A stretch of 64,000 nucleotides of DNA, from positions 3,040,001 to 3,104,000 of the forward strand of contig OZ242214.1 in NCBI GenBank assembly GCA_965206595.1. The letters are read 5' to 3'. The notes beneath the pieces are model-generated. The model saw nothing but the letters and a program-made list of their open reading frames with translations. It searched no databases and was not told the origin of the DNA. Of the stretch, positions 36,415-46,998 are shown piece after piece. Both the position numbers and the translations under genes were made by a program. The stretch's first letter is position 1. Each line of letters starts with the position of its first letter. The DNA is from Candidatus Latescibacterota bacterium. GTDB taxonomy: Bacteria > Latescibacterota > UBA2968 > UBA8231.

Positions 36415-39400
36415 CTACTGCGGCCCCGCATCGCCGAACCGGGTTCGGATGAACTCCCTGGTGTCGTCGGGTGAAAGCTTCACGGTTCCCGGGCCGCTGC
36501 GCACGAAGAAGTCGCCCCCCTCCTCCTTCTCCACCCCCTTCCACCTGAGGAACACCGGTTCCGGGCTGCGCTGGCAGCTCACCACGCAGACCCCCTTGCT
36601 GTCGACGATCTGAATCTCCGGATCGATGCAGGTCCCGGCGCGGTCGCCCAAACCGTTGCGCACCACCTGGGCGAGATGGCGCATGAACTTGTCGTCGTTG
36701 TCGAGCCGGTCCCGTTCGATCCCGACGACGGCTCCATCGTCTGCCACCCCCAATAGGAGATCCCCTCCCTCGGTATTGAGGAAAGCCGCGATGGTTTTCA
36801 GCGCGGCGTGGGTCACGCGCTTGTCGTCCTTGCGGTCCTCCACCAGGTTCCAGCGCAGCGTGGACTTGAACTCCAGGGTCTTCGACTCACCCCTCTTGAT
36901 CAGCTCTTCGGCGCTGCGGTGGCTGTGGAGGTACTGGTCGAAGAGCAGATCCCTGATCACCTCTCCAAAGGCCCGGTCGTCGGTGATCCGCTTGTAGAGA
37001 TCGAAATTGGAATCGACGATCTCCTGGATCACCTGGCTCACCTTGTGATCGAAGGTCAGCCGCACGTTGTCGCGCGTGTTCACCCGCGCCGCGGCGTCGA
37101 GGGCGGGGTCCCCTTCGAGCTTCTCCATCATCTGCCCGAGAGTGACGCGGTGCTCGGGCCCGAGCTCGAGCCCGAAGCGCTCGTTCAGCTCGGCGATGAT
37201 GCGCGAAAGCGTCTCCATCTCTTCCGGCGCATGTCCGTGCGCCTCCTTGGTGCCGATGGGGTCGAGCACCCCTGCCTTGCGTTCGAGACCGATCTTGCCG
37301 CTGCCGGTCTCCTGAATCCGGAAGGATTCCATGTCGATGTTCTGCTGCACTTCGAGCGGCAGCTCGGCCCGCTCCGGGCGCAACAGGCGAAGCAGGTGCC
37401 TGGCGAAGACGTAGAGCTTCTCCAGGTCGGAATCCGAGAAAGGCAGCACCTGGGACAGAAACGCGTAGAGCCGCACGTAGTCGGTGAGCTGCCCCCGGAA
37501 ATCCTGCCGCTCTTCCTCGTGCAGCTCGTTGAAGCGCTCGACGACCGGATTCAGCAGCGGCTGCAGCTGGTCCTGCCCCGCCTTGCCGCCGAAATAGAGC
37601 CTGGCGAAGCCGTCGACGTCGGCCTGAGCATAGACCGGGAAAGCGGTCAGACGCGTCTGGATTTCGTAGAGCAGGTTGGGATCGGTCTCTTCCGAAAGCA
37701 GGGTGGTCTCGTAGTAGGGCTCGAAGGCGGCCTTGATCCCGTCCGGCTCGTTGGCGAAGTCGAGCACCATGGTGCCCTGCTTTCCTTCCTTTGTGCGGTT
37801 GAGCCGCGACAGGGTTTGCACCGCGTTCACGCCGCCGAGCTTCTTGTCGACGTACATCGTGTGCAGCAGCGGCTGGTCGAACCCGGTCTGGAACTTGTTG
37901 GCGACGATCAGGAAGCGGTAGTCCGGCCCTTCGAAGGTTTTGGCAGTCTGCGCCTCTGAGACCTTGTTCATATTGGCTTCGGTATATGCGGGATCACCGC
38001 CATCCTTGACGGACCCGGAGAAGGCAACCAGCGCCTTGAACGGATTCCCCAGCTCCTCGAGATGCCGGTCCACCGCCAGCTTGTAGCGCACCGCGTGCAG
38101 GCGCGAGCGGGTGACGATCATCGCCTTGGCCCTGCCGCCGATCTGGCTCTGCACCTGCCCGGTGAAGTGCTCGATCACGATGCGCACCTTCTCGTCGATG
38201 GCGTGCGGGTGCAGGTCGACATAGGACTTGAGCAGACATGCGGCTTTCTGCTTGTCGTAGCGCGGATCATCCTCAACCGTCTTCAACAGCCGCCAGTAGG
38301 CCTTGCAGGTGGTGTAGCTCTCCAGGACGTCGAGGATGAACCTCTCCTCGATGGCCTGGCGCATGCTGTAGAGGTGGAACGGCGCGAACGAGCCGTCGGG
38401 TCGCTTCGTTCCGAACAGCTCCAGCGTCTTGGGCTTGGGCGTCGCCGTGAAGGCGAAGGTCGACAGATTGGGCAGCCGCCCGCGCTTTTCCATCTCCGCA
38501 AGGATCGCGTTCTCCAGCTCCTCTTCTGGGGTCTCGGCCCCGGATTCCTCGCTCTCGGCCTCTTCGAGCGAAGCTGGGGCCAGCACCGACTTCAGGCTCT
38601 TCGTGCTCTCCCCCGACTGCGACGAGTGCGCCTCGTCTACGATCAGCGCGAACCGCTTGCCCGGCAGATCGTCGATCTGTCCGGCGATCACCGGGAACTT
38701 CTGCAGCGTGGTGACGATGATGGTCTTGCCCCCCTCGAGGGCATCCCTGAGCTGGCGCGAGGTGGTGTCGATGTTCTCCACCACCCCCAGGGTCTGCTCG
38801 AACTGGCGCATGGTGCTCTGCAGGGCGCGGTCGAGCACGCGGCGGTCGGTGATGACCACGATCGAGTCGAAGACGCGGCGGTCGTCAGCGTCGTGCAGGG
38901 TCGAGAGCTGGTGGGCGAGCCAGGCGATGGTATAGCTCTTGCCGCTCCCGGCCGAGTGCTGGATGAGATACTGCTGCCCACCCCGTTCTCGCGGGCATCG
39001 GCGACGAGCCGGCGCACGCAGTCGAGCTGCTGGTAGCGCGGGAAGATCAGGGATTTCCTGCCGGTCTTGCGGCCGGTCTCGTCCTCTTCTTCGACTTCAT
39101 GGATGAACTGGCGCACCAGGTCGAGGACGCTGTCGCGCGCCCAGGTCTCTTCCCAGAGATAGGAGGTGGCGTACCCGGTCTGCGTGGGCGGCACCGGCGG
39201 GTTGCCGGCGCCTCCGAACTTGCCCCGATTGAAAGGGAGGAAGCGGGTCCCGGCGCCGTCGAGATGGGTGGCGACGTAGACCAGGTCGGCGTCCACGGCG
39301 AAGTGTCCGAGGCAGCGGCCGTATGCCAGCAGCGGCTCGCGGGGATCGCGGTCGGTCCGGTACTGGCGGATCGCGTCCTCGACGGTCTGGCCGCTGAGCG

Positions 39401-39947
39401 GGTTCTTGAGCTCCGCGGTGAACAGGGGGATACCGTTCAGGAACAGCACCAGGTCGAGGCTCTTCTCGTTTTTGAGGCTGTAGCGGACCTGGCGGACAAC
39501 GGCGAAGAAGTTCGCCGCGTGCAGCCGCCGCGTCTCCTCGTTGAGCCCGCTGGCCGGGGCGAAATAGACGAGCCGGAAGCTGCAGCCCATGTCCTTCACC
39601 CCGGAGCGCAGCACGTCGAGGGCGCCGCGTCTCGCGATCTCCGACGACAACCGTTTGAGGAACCGCTCCTGCACCTGGACCCCGTAGTGTTCGGACAGCC
39701 TCTGCCACTGCTTCGGCTGCGTAGCCAGCAGGAAGTCCACGACGTCGCGGGGCAACAGGCACAAGGTTCGGTCGTAGTCCCGGGGCAGGCGCTGGTGATA
39801 GCCGCCGGGCTGCATCCCCCGGGCGCCCAGGGAAGGCGTGGGTTCCCCCGCCAGGGCTTCGCCCCCGGGCAGCTCCCCCTCGACCCGGCGCAGCAAGGCC
39901 GCCTCGATGGCGTCCTCGAAGGCTCGTTCCGAGATCTCGGGATTCAC
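36415..39947 (-). pseudogene. hsdR: Type I restriction subunit HsdR with C-terminal Schlafen/AlbA_2 domain; frameshift near 38978
   Basis: DLVLFLNGIP...ELKN...QY nuclease; adding one base restores QQYLIQHSAGSGKS; DEAH, FTATP, QTLSRLNR; C-terminal ESKTLEFKS...AFLNTEGGDLLLGVADDG. Confidence 0.88.
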
Positions 39948-41125
39948 ATGCCACCTCCCCGGGTTGTCGCGGCTTCAGGGTCCCGTCTCGGGGTGGACGG
40001 GGCATCCAGCACCTCTAGCACGGCGGGCGCGCAATAAATCCGATTGCGCTTCGCCTCCCCGACCAGGGTGACGATGCCTGCCGCTTCCAGCCGGTCGACG
40101 GCGCGCCGGGCCGTGGTGTAGGCGACCTCCAGATTCTGGGCAAGGCCGCGTACGGACCAGAAGGGATTCTCGACAAACAGCTCCAGCACCTTCTCCGACT
40201 GCCCGGAATGAACCCCGTCGATTTTCTCCAACCAGCCCTGAAACAGGTCGTCGATGCGTTGGATCCGGCCGACTGCGTCTCCTGCCTGGAGTTCCACCCC
40301 GCGCAGGAAGTACGTCAACCACGCCTCCCACTCCCCGCTTTCCGTCACCCCCTGAAGGCGGGCGTAGTACTCCTCGCGCGTCGCTTCAAAGTAAGCGCTC
40401 AGATAGAGAAGGGGTTCCGGCAGGAGTCCGCGGGCGACGAACAACAGCGAGATGAGCAGGCGACCGACGCGCCCATTGCCGTCGATAAACGGATGGATCG
40501 CCTCGAACTGCGAGTGGACGAGCGCGGCGTGCACCAGGGGAGGCAGGGTGCCGTCGTGAAGGAACTGCTCCCACGCCCCCAGGCAGGCCATCAGCTCGCC
40601 GGGCGGAGGGGGAACGTACCTGGCGTCCTCGAGGCCGCTCCCGGGCGGACCGATCCAGTTCTGGGTGCGTCGAAACTCACCCGGGGTAGCCGTGTCGCCC
40701 CGGACCCCCCGCATCAGACGCTCGTGCAGCTCCCGCACCAGACGCAGGGACAGCGGCAACGTGTTCAGGCGCCTTATCCCGTACTGCAGCGCCAGGACGT
40801 AGTTGGCGACCTCGTGCAGATCCGCTGCATTCCGTTCGACCCCTGCCCCAGCCTGCGCTGCAAGCAGTTCGCCCAGGGTGGCCTGCGTGCCTTCGATGCG
40901 GCTGGAAAGCACCGCTTCCCGGTGGAGGAAGGCCCGGATGAAGAGATGCGGATTGGACACCAGTCTGCCTTCCCCGGCGAGCCGGCCTACCGCCTGGTCG
41001 GCGCGGGAGAGCGCGAGGAGGAGGTCTCCATTCCAAGCAATAGGAAGCGGAAGGGGCGCCGGAACGAAGGCGCGGTACCCGCCCGGGCAGTCGATCAGGC
41101 GACCGGGCTGTGGTTTTGCATCCAT
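39944..41125 (-). CDS. Fic-family protein (class II, autoinhibited) with C-terminal HTH
   Basis: HPFIDGNGRVGR active motif; SSRIEG inhibitory motif; 4-nt overlap with the hsdR start. Confidence 0.92.
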   Translation of the reverse strand: MDAKPQPGRLIDCPGGYRAFVPAPLPLPIAWNGDLLLALSRADQAVGRLAGEGRLVSNPHLFIRAFLHREAVLSSRIEGTQATLGELLAAQAGAGVERNAADLHEVANYVLALQYGIRRLNTLPLSLRLVRELHERLMRGVRGDTATPGEFRRTQNWIGPPGSGLEDARYVPPPPGELMACLGAWEQFLHDGTLPPLVHAALVHSQFEAIHPFIDGNGRVGRLLISLLFVARGLLPEPLLYLSAYFEATREEYYARLQGVTESGEWEAWLTYFLRGVELQAGDAVGRIQRIDDLFQGWLEKIDGVHSGQSEKVLELFVENPFWSVRGLAQNLEVAYTTARRAVDRLEAAGIVTLVGEAKRNRIYCAPAVLEVLDAPSTPRRDPEAATTRGGGM

Positions 41126-41144
41126 GCCGATGTTACCGCATTCC

Positions 41145-41207
41145 CTGTTTTCGGGTGCGAAAACAGAAACGGGTTTTATTAGCGCAAATTGCGAATCGCG
41201 CTAATAA
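41145..41207. promoter_or_regulatory. Two inverted repeats upstream of fic
   Basis: ctgttttcg-N4-cgaaaacag (41145-41166) and ttattagcgc-N12-gcgctaataa (41176-41207). Confidence 0.7.
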
Positions 41208-41420
41208 CCTAACGGCGGAGGGTAAATGAGGGAAATACCGGTGTTTTTTAGTTGACCCGAAGAAGGAGGACGAGTGACCTCACTTCCCGGTACCGTATCA
41301 GTCTGAAAATTCCATCCGCCCCGGAAAGCCGATTCCATCACCCAGGTTTCCTGGCTAAAGGGTGTGCTGTTTCGCCGCCAATAGTCGCTCTTGGTGGGAG
41401 GTTGATCCACCCCCATCCGC

Positions 41421-41439
41421 GTTATACATGTTGTATAAC
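41421..41439 (+). promoter_or_regulatory. Palindromic operator upstream of the RelE-type TA pair
   Basis: gttataca-tgt-tgtataac, followed by RBS AAGGAGG and ATG at 41465. Confidence 0.7.
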
Positions 41440-41464
41440 ATCCCACACCAAGGAGGTAGGAATC

Positions 41465-41650
41465 ATGTCCACAGCCAATGGCATCCCTCGGGAGAAGGAC
41501 GAAACAATCGAGTTGCAAAAGATACTCGACGATCCTTCCACGGAGTGGGTGTCCTGGAAGGAAGCAGAAGATGAGCTACGAGAGCTCGATAAACAGGAAA
41601 GCCTTGAAAAGGCTGAAGCAAATCCCCCAGCCCACGAGAGGGCGCATTGA
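41465..41650 (+). CDS. Putative small acidic antitoxin
   Basis: Strong RBS; acidic; ...EWVSWKEAEDEL typical of RelB-like C-termini; precedes relE but overlaps it by an atypical 80 nt. Confidence 0.6.
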   Translation: MSTANGIPREKDETIELQKILDDPSTEWVSWKEAEDELRELDKQESLEKAEANPPAHERAH

Positions 41651-41821
41651 AGAGGCCATCAGGGCCATTGAGAAAAATCCTCGTGCTGGCGAAGCCTTAC
41701 GAGGGATTGAATTGGATTTCGAAAGATCAGGATTGGCCAGTTCCGGGTTCTCTACGAAGTGAATGAATCTGAGAAGCTGATCCGAATTGTGAAAATAGAA
41801 CCGCGAGGCTCTTCCTACTGA
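41571..41821 (+). pseudogene. RelE/ParE-family toxin with frameshift near 41705
   Basis: MSY...KALKRLKQI...RIEEAI..IEKNPRAGEALRG, then in shifted frame GFRKIRIGQFRVLYEV...IVKIEPRGSSY*. Confidence 0.8.
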
Positions 41822-42045
41822 TAGTCGTCTTCTTCGCTCACCCTCTTAGGTCAAATTTTTTCCCAAGTACATCTCCTCTGAACTCGGCTCTTTTCGAGAG
41901 ATCGGGTTTATTTTTTTGCCAGTTCGTCAAATTATCCAAACCAAATCACTGACACATATGCTTGCCATTTTCGTTCTGAATTCGTTGATGTTATCTGAAC
42001 AAATTGCAGATTCAGTTGGAAAACGGAGAAGTTTGTAACATTTTG

Positions 42046-43512
42046 TTACGAACTAGAACTTTTGCAAAACTTCTTCGTAACGGCCGGAGTGAACGTGACA
42101 TATGCGGCAGCCTGCCGCACGTCGATCTTGCCGGTTACTGCAGCCGAGATGAGGGCCGTGCGGAGTTCCTTGTGGCAGTCGATGGCCTCGCGGACTTTGG
42201 CGACGAGGGCGTCGATCTTGGCGGTCTCGCGGTCGAGGAAGGCGGCGATGGCGTGTTGTTCCTCTATAGAGGGTAATGCCAATCTGACATTGCCAATTTC
42301 GTTCGTACTTACGTTGAACTGAGCAGTACCCGTTGTATATGAAAGAACTTGCTCGTAGAAAACCGTTGTCTGTAAGGCTCCAACAAGGAATCCGTCTGTG
42401 ATTCGGTCGATCACGGGCCGGAATCTAGCAACGCGTTGGTTCAGTTGCGCAGGGGTGTCACCTTTCCGGACAACAGCAAAGTTACCAAGGCTACCCGTGG
42501 AACCGATGCTTCCAGACAATCCGTAAATTATGTCATCTTCGTTAAGTGCAAACTCGTCTTTGCATTCATGTTCAGGTATTCGAACTACATTTTCAAAGTC
42601 TAATGCTCCCCGGCGGATGTTGTTCATGCGAATTATTGGGACCCCATCGTTCTGGAATGAATCAGAGGAAAAAGCAAACCCCCCTTGGACCCGAGACGCT
42701 TGCTTCAACCGAACAACCTCCCAATGCACAGGTATCGCCCCCAGCCACTCGACACCGGAGTCCTTCATCGGCACATCGGGGTCGAGGCCCTTGGTGACGG
42801 CGCGGTTGATGAGGGCAGTGCGCTTTTCCTGGAGCAGCTCGATCAGCCGCTCCTTCTTTGCCACGAGGGCGTCGATCCTGGCCGTCTCGCGGTCGAGAAA
42901 AACGGCGATGGCGCGTTGTTCCAGTAACTCCGGATAGGCTGCGACTTCATTCAGATAATTCTCACTATCTAAATTTTGTATTCCTGTATTCTGTTTTATA
43001 GAACGTGTATTTATGCGGGCGGAATACATCGCGGCGTGCACGTAGGTCAAGTATCGAGGATCGAAGCCCTCTTGCACGGGCATCTGCGCGATGAAATTTG
43101 AACAGATAGCAAGTTCGCCATAGGTGTTTATTACCACTGCCCCAACGGGTTGATTGTCCCCTCCTCCTGATTTCTCCAAAAGAAGATCGTTACGTCTAAG
43201 GCGTCGTCCACCCAAAATCATTGGGTCCACTGAACGGAGGGTAGGCTGGTTCATTTTGACTACGCCTGCCACCCGATCAAAATCCGCAACCCGGACACAT
43301 GCAACATCATTGATACCGTCAGGATCATCCCCCCACAATCCATTCTGACACTTAGTCACGGTAAATCGCAGTCTCTTCACCTCCCAGTGCTCCGGAACCT
43401 GCCCCAGCCACTCGACACCGGAGTCCTTGGAGGCCGGATAAGGCCTGTATCGTTCCCCCCCCATTCTGGGTGTACCACTGCTCTTCCCAATGTCAGCGGA
43501 TCGTTTAGTCAT
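42046..43512 (-). CDS. hsdS: Type I R-M specificity subunit HsdS
   Basis: Two KDSGVEWLG..P.HWEV repeats, two EQ.AIA.FLDRETA.ID.L repeats, ALISAAVTGKIDV; AT-richer TRDs. Confidence 0.93.
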   Translation of the reverse strand: MTKRSADIGKSSGTPRMGGERYRPYPASKDSGVEWLGQVPEHWEVKRLRFTVTKCQNGLWGDDPDGINDVACVRVADFDRVAGVVKMNQPTLRSVDPMILGGRRLRRNDLLLEKSGGGDNQPVGAVVINTYGELAICSNFIAQMPVQEGFDPRYLTYVHAAMYSARINTRSIKQNTGIQNLDSENYLNEVAAYPELLEQRAIAVFLDRETARIDALVAKKERLIELLQEKRTALINRAVTKGLDPDVPMKDSGVEWLGAIPVHWEVVRLKQASRVQGGFAFSSDSFQNDGVPIIRMNNIRRGALDFENVVRIPEHECKDEFALNEDDIIYGLSGSIGSTGSLGNFAVVRKGDTPAQLNQRVARFRPVIDRITDGFLVGALQTTVFYEQVLSYTTGTAQFNVSTNEIGNVRLALPSIEEQHAIAAFLDRETAKIDALVAKVREAIDCHKELRTALISAAVTGKIDVRQAAAYVTFTPAVTKKFCKSSSS

Positions 43513-43542
43513 TTATTTCGACCCCTTGAAATTTGGGGGCTC

Positions 43543-44472
43543 TCATCGTCCAACTTCATTCCACCAAGGCCCACCTGCCGGCCAGGTTCCGGTGAACCCT
43601 GATCCGCGCGCCATCGCATCCCATGGCTCTCTGAGAAACGACAGTAGGCGCTCGCCTACGATACCGAAATCCGATTGCGCCCCCGGAAGCTCGTTCCTGT
43701 CCAGGTAATTACCCCACTGCTCCGCCCGCTCGGCATCCTCATAGAACCGAGGCGTCAGAGCCACCGGAACATCCCGGGAAATCACAGTACGGCGTTGGTC
43801 GAAGGTTGCGCCCACAGCGCGTTCGAGGTTCTCACCCTCGAAGGAAGAGCACTGTGCAAGCGCGTGAAGATCGTAAAAATCTTTGTAGCGACTGTTCCGT
43901 TCGCCGAGCACAACCATCGCGTGGAGCTTCTCGGCCACGACGGCTTCGCGTGGGTAAACACGGATTTGCGGATGAGGAGCGTCGAGCAGTGTCGGGTAAT
44001 CGGCGTTGGTCGGCGGAGGCTGGATGGCATTCCCGAACCCGACATCGATCCGCATCCGTATTCGCGCGCCCGAGATCCTGGCCCAGAAGAACGCTCGGAA
44101 GCCGTCATACTCTTGATGTTCCCGGAAGGGTTCGACCCCGATGTCCCCGCTGTCGAAAACAACTCCATCGTCGGCGGGAGTGTCGCAAATGTCGCGGATG
44201 GTGGAGCGCACCTCGTTTGCCAGGGGGCTTCCGTAGCCAGTGAAATCCAGATCGCGCGTCGGCCGATAGACTGCTTCGCTCCAAAGGCAAAGGAGCATCG
44301 CGCCCTTCAAGACGTAGCGCTCGCGGTGCTGCGATTCTCCAAGGCGGTAGAGGAATCGCTCCGCGGCGTAGCGCTGCAGCAGGAACTGGAAGTCCTCTCC
44401 GGTTGCGCGGCTCCGGTTCATCAACCTTGCGCGAACCGATGCTCCCATGTTTCGGCGTTTCCCGCGCGTCAT
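43543..44472 (-). CDS. abiEii: AbiEii-type nucleotidyltransferase toxin (type IV TA)
   Basis: ERFLYRL, LKGAML, RPTRDLD, IDVGFG, AEKLHA, NSRYKDFYDL. Confidence 0.9.
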   Translation of the reverse strand: MTRGKRRNMGASVRARLMNRSRATGEDFQFLLQRYAAERFLYRLGESQHRERYVLKGAMLLCLWSEAVYRPTRDLDFTGYGSPLANEVRSTIRDICDTPADDGVVFDSGDIGVEPFREHQEYDGFRAFFWARISGARIRMRIDVGFGNAIQPPPTNADYPTLLDAPHPQIRVYPREAVVAEKLHAMVVLGERNSRYKDFYDLHALAQCSSFEGENLERAVGATFDQRRTVISRDVPVALTPRFYEDAERAEQWGNYLDRNELPGAQSDFGIVGERLLSFLREPWDAMARGSGFTGTWPAGGPWWNEVGR

Positions 44473-45074
44473 AGCGAGAGTGCTTGCAGGTAGGCACGCA
44501 TGACGGTCTGCGCACGGCAGACTTCGGCGGCGCGCACGATCTCATCCACGGTCGCAGCCCGTGATCGCAGGGCGTCGTGCAGTGCCTCGAGCGCGATGTC
44601 GAGACCGAGCTTGTGGCGGTAGCGAAAACAGTCCACCACGGTGCGGGCCGGCGAGGTGATGCGAAACGGCACCCCCTGCGCCGAATGGGAGGCAACGCCG
44701 TAGGTGAGCATCGCACCGGAGAAACGGACGATGCGCACACGCGAGGGTGGGTGCGCCGGCTTGCGGGCCTTGCGGTCGAGGGCGATCCAGACCTCGTGCG
44801 GCGACTGCGTGCCGATTTCGTGGAAGCGAAGCGCCGTCAGCAGGCAGATGACCGCGTTCGGGATGGCCGCGGCTACCATCGCGATCGTCTCGACCTCCGT
44901 GGGTTCGACCTCGGAGAGTCGGTATAGGCCGTTTCCCTGGTTCTCGACGAGTCCCCTGGTAACCAGACCCTGAAGCCTGCGGTGGGAAACCCCGAGCGGC
45001 GCGATGTCCCGAGGCCGGAAGTAGGCTCCGAGGCCGGCTTCCTGGAGTTCGGCAGTGTCCACTATATTCGCCAT
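44469..45074 (-). CDS. abiEi: AbiEi antitoxin / wHTH regulator
   Basis: GLYRL wHTH, ICLLTALRFH, TSPARTVVDCFRYR; ATGA overlap with abiEii. Confidence 0.9.
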   Translation of the reverse strand: MANIVDTAELQEAGLGAYFRPRDIAPLGVSHRRLQGLVTRGLVENQGNGLYRLSEVEPTEVETIAMVAAAIPNAVICLLTALRFHEIGTQSPHEVWIALDRKARKPAHPPSRVRIVRFSGAMLTYGVASHSAQGVPFRITSPARTVVDCFRYRHKLGLDIALEALHDALRSRAATVDEIVRAAEVCRAQTVMRAYLQALSL

Positions 45075-45091
45075 ACCTACAGATGATACTG

Positions 45092-45123
45092 AATGTCGGC
45101 ACTTAATCGCAACTGCCGACATT
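45092..45123 (-). promoter_or_regulatory. Inverted-repeat operator over the abiE promoter
   Basis: aatgtcggca-N12-tgccgacatt; minus-strand TTGCGA-N18-TATCAT; AbiEi proteins are known to autorepress via inverted repeats. Confidence 0.75.
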
Positions 45124-45157
45124 TTAGGTCATCCAGTGGGTCCGGCGGACACGCCCT

Positions 45158-45754
45158 TCATAGCCTCCTCAATCGGTTCAGGAGATCCTTGGCATGCGGA
45201 CACGAGGATTCGACGAGTGTTGGATCGATTTGCGCAAGCAATCCGAATGAAGCCTTGCCCTTGGCATAAGGTTTTGGGCATTGGGCGGTGGCCCTGTCCA
45301 GCGCGGCGAGAACCGTCTCCCTGGACAGGTCTTCCAACTTTGGCCATTGCCTGAGCGCGTTCTCCGCAACCAACGGACCGAAGTAGCGTCGCAGTGCATC
45401 ATGGTCCGCCAGAAACCAGGTTTCCATGACCTGAACCATCAGGAAGGCCTGATCGTCGCCGGTCCCTGAAGGTCTATTCCAGCCGTCGCGTTGCTGCAGA
45501 TGCTGCCAAGCCGAGTGGCCCGCTGCGACCGGGTCTTCGCTGTCCACGAGGAGCAGTGGGATGGTACCAGGCTTCTGCCCAGCGGCATCTGTCGCAAAGC
45601 GGTTGAAGGTGTCTTGCCGTGTGCCGCCCCGAACTACTCTCGGCATGCGGCCACGCAGCCCTGCCGCTGTGAAGAAACTGGTCCAGCCCTCGCGGAATTG
45701 CGCGCCAAGCCGCCGATTATCCCCGCCCCCCTCGATGTAAAGCACGGCGGTCAC
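45158..45754 (-). CDS. DUF4276-like TOPRIM-fold protein
   Basis: LYIEGGGD, LLVDSED, MVQVMETWFLAD, YAKG; GTGA overlap with the ATPase gene. Confidence 0.8.
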   Translation of the reverse strand: MTAVLYIEGGGDNRRLGAQFREGWTSFFTAAGLRGRMPRVVRGGTRQDTFNRFATDAAGQKPGTIPLLLVDSEDPVAAGHSAWQHLQQRDGWNRPSGTGDDQAFLMVQVMETWFLADHDALRRYFGPLVAENALRQWPKLEDLSRETVLAALDRATAQCPKPYAKGKASFGLLAQIDPTLVESSCPHAKDLLNRLRRL

Positions 45755-46968
45755 CAACGATTCCCTCCCAGTTGCCCGGAGCTCCAGAGATTGCCGAGGG
45801 TGTAATCCTTCAGCCACTTTGCCAGGTCCTCCTTGTCGAGCCGTCGCATTTCGGTCCGCCCCTCGTGCTTTTCGCAGATCACGACACTTTCCGGGGTGTC
45901 GGTCAGCGCATCGACCATGACATCCGAATGCGTCGTCACGATCAGTTGACTGCGCTCGGACGCTGAGCGCAGCAGCTCGACCAACGTCGGCAACAGGTCC
46001 GGGTGCAGGCCCAGTTCCGGCTCTTCGATTACGACAAGGGGCGGGGGCTCGGGGTGCAACAGGATGGCGAGCATGCAGAGGTAGCGCAGGGTGCCGTCCG
46101 AAAGGCCAGCGACCGGGATTTCACGGTTGCCACTTTCCTCCAAAAACAGGGTAACGGTACCGCCGACCACCGAGCATTTGATGTCGACGATTCCGTCGTA
46201 GAGCTTCTGCAATGCTGATATGAGCTGCCTCCTGTTCTCACCAGGAAAGTTCGACAGCACGGGCGCCAGGTTCGCCCCTCTCTCATCGAGGTAGTCAGCA
46301 GCGTCGTGAGCGCTCGCCGGCCGACGCAAATTCGCCGAAGGTCCGAACGACCAATCCCGGTAAAGACGAATGGCGTTGTACCGTTGGTTCAAAAACCAAA
46401 GGGCTGGGTAGTCCTTGGGATTGGCGACGGATACCAACGAGACTTTGGGTAAATAATCACTCCTGAAGTGGATACCGTCGTCCTCACGTAAATGCGCCAA
46501 AAGGCTACCTGCGGAGTTCGGGTCAGTTGGATTTGGAGATTTCTCACGCAGAAATGACTCGGTACGAGCCTCTCGAGGGGGCCGGAAATAAACCCAAGCG
46601 GCACGCTTATCCTCGCACTCCCCAACTGGCTGGACCTGCTCGGAAATAACTTCCGGGCGACCGTTCACCTCCCCCAGCGAGAAGAAATGCCGCAACTCGC
46701 CGCCCCATGGATAGTGAAGCATGGCCTCCATGGTCATCGACTCCGGCGGCCTTGGCCCCTTCCATAGCGACTCTCGAAGGCCACCCCTGGGTGAGAGGGG
46801 CTCGAAGACATCTCGGGGGATCGCCTTGAGCAACGAAATCGCCTCGATGAAGTTCGACTTCCCCGAACCGTTCGGGCCGATCAGGACGTTCAGCGGTTCC
46901 ATGGGCAAGTCGATCCCGTCGGGTCCGAACGACAGAAAGCCTGCGACTTTCAATCTGTGAATCAGCAT
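45751..46968 (-). CDS. AAA_21/ABC-type ATPase
   Basis: GPNGSGKS, LSDGT signature, VIEEPE, HP, TTHS. Confidence 0.9.
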   Translation of the reverse strand: MLIHRLKVAGFLSFGPDGIDLPMEPLNVLIGPNGSGKSNFIEAISLLKAIPRDVFEPLSPRGGLRESLWKGPRPPESMTMEAMLHYPWGGELRHFFSLGEVNGRPEVISEQVQPVGECEDKRAAWVYFRPPREARTESFLREKSPNPTDPNSAGSLLAHLREDDGIHFRSDYLPKVSLVSVANPKDYPALWFLNQRYNAIRLYRDWSFGPSANLRRPASAHDAADYLDERGANLAPVLSNFPGENRRQLISALQKLYDGIVDIKCSVVGGTVTLFLEESGNREIPVAGLSDGTLRYLCMLAILLHPEPPPLVVIEEPELGLHPDLLPTLVELLRSASERSQLIVTTHSDVMVDALTDTPESVVICEKHEGRTEMRRLDKEDLAKWLKDYTLGNLWSSGQLGGNRW

Positions 46969-46998
46969 GTCGTTACCTCTTCCACGCAGCGGTCCAAA

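Noticed and set aside
41200-41460. Possible integron attC site (acctaac matches RYYYAAC)
   Set aside because: No matching GTTRRRY with a proper complementary stem, and no integrase or repeated attC sites
41822-42045. AT-rich spacer possibly encoding a small gene
   Set aside because: No convincing ORF with an RBS; probably a relic of lost cargo
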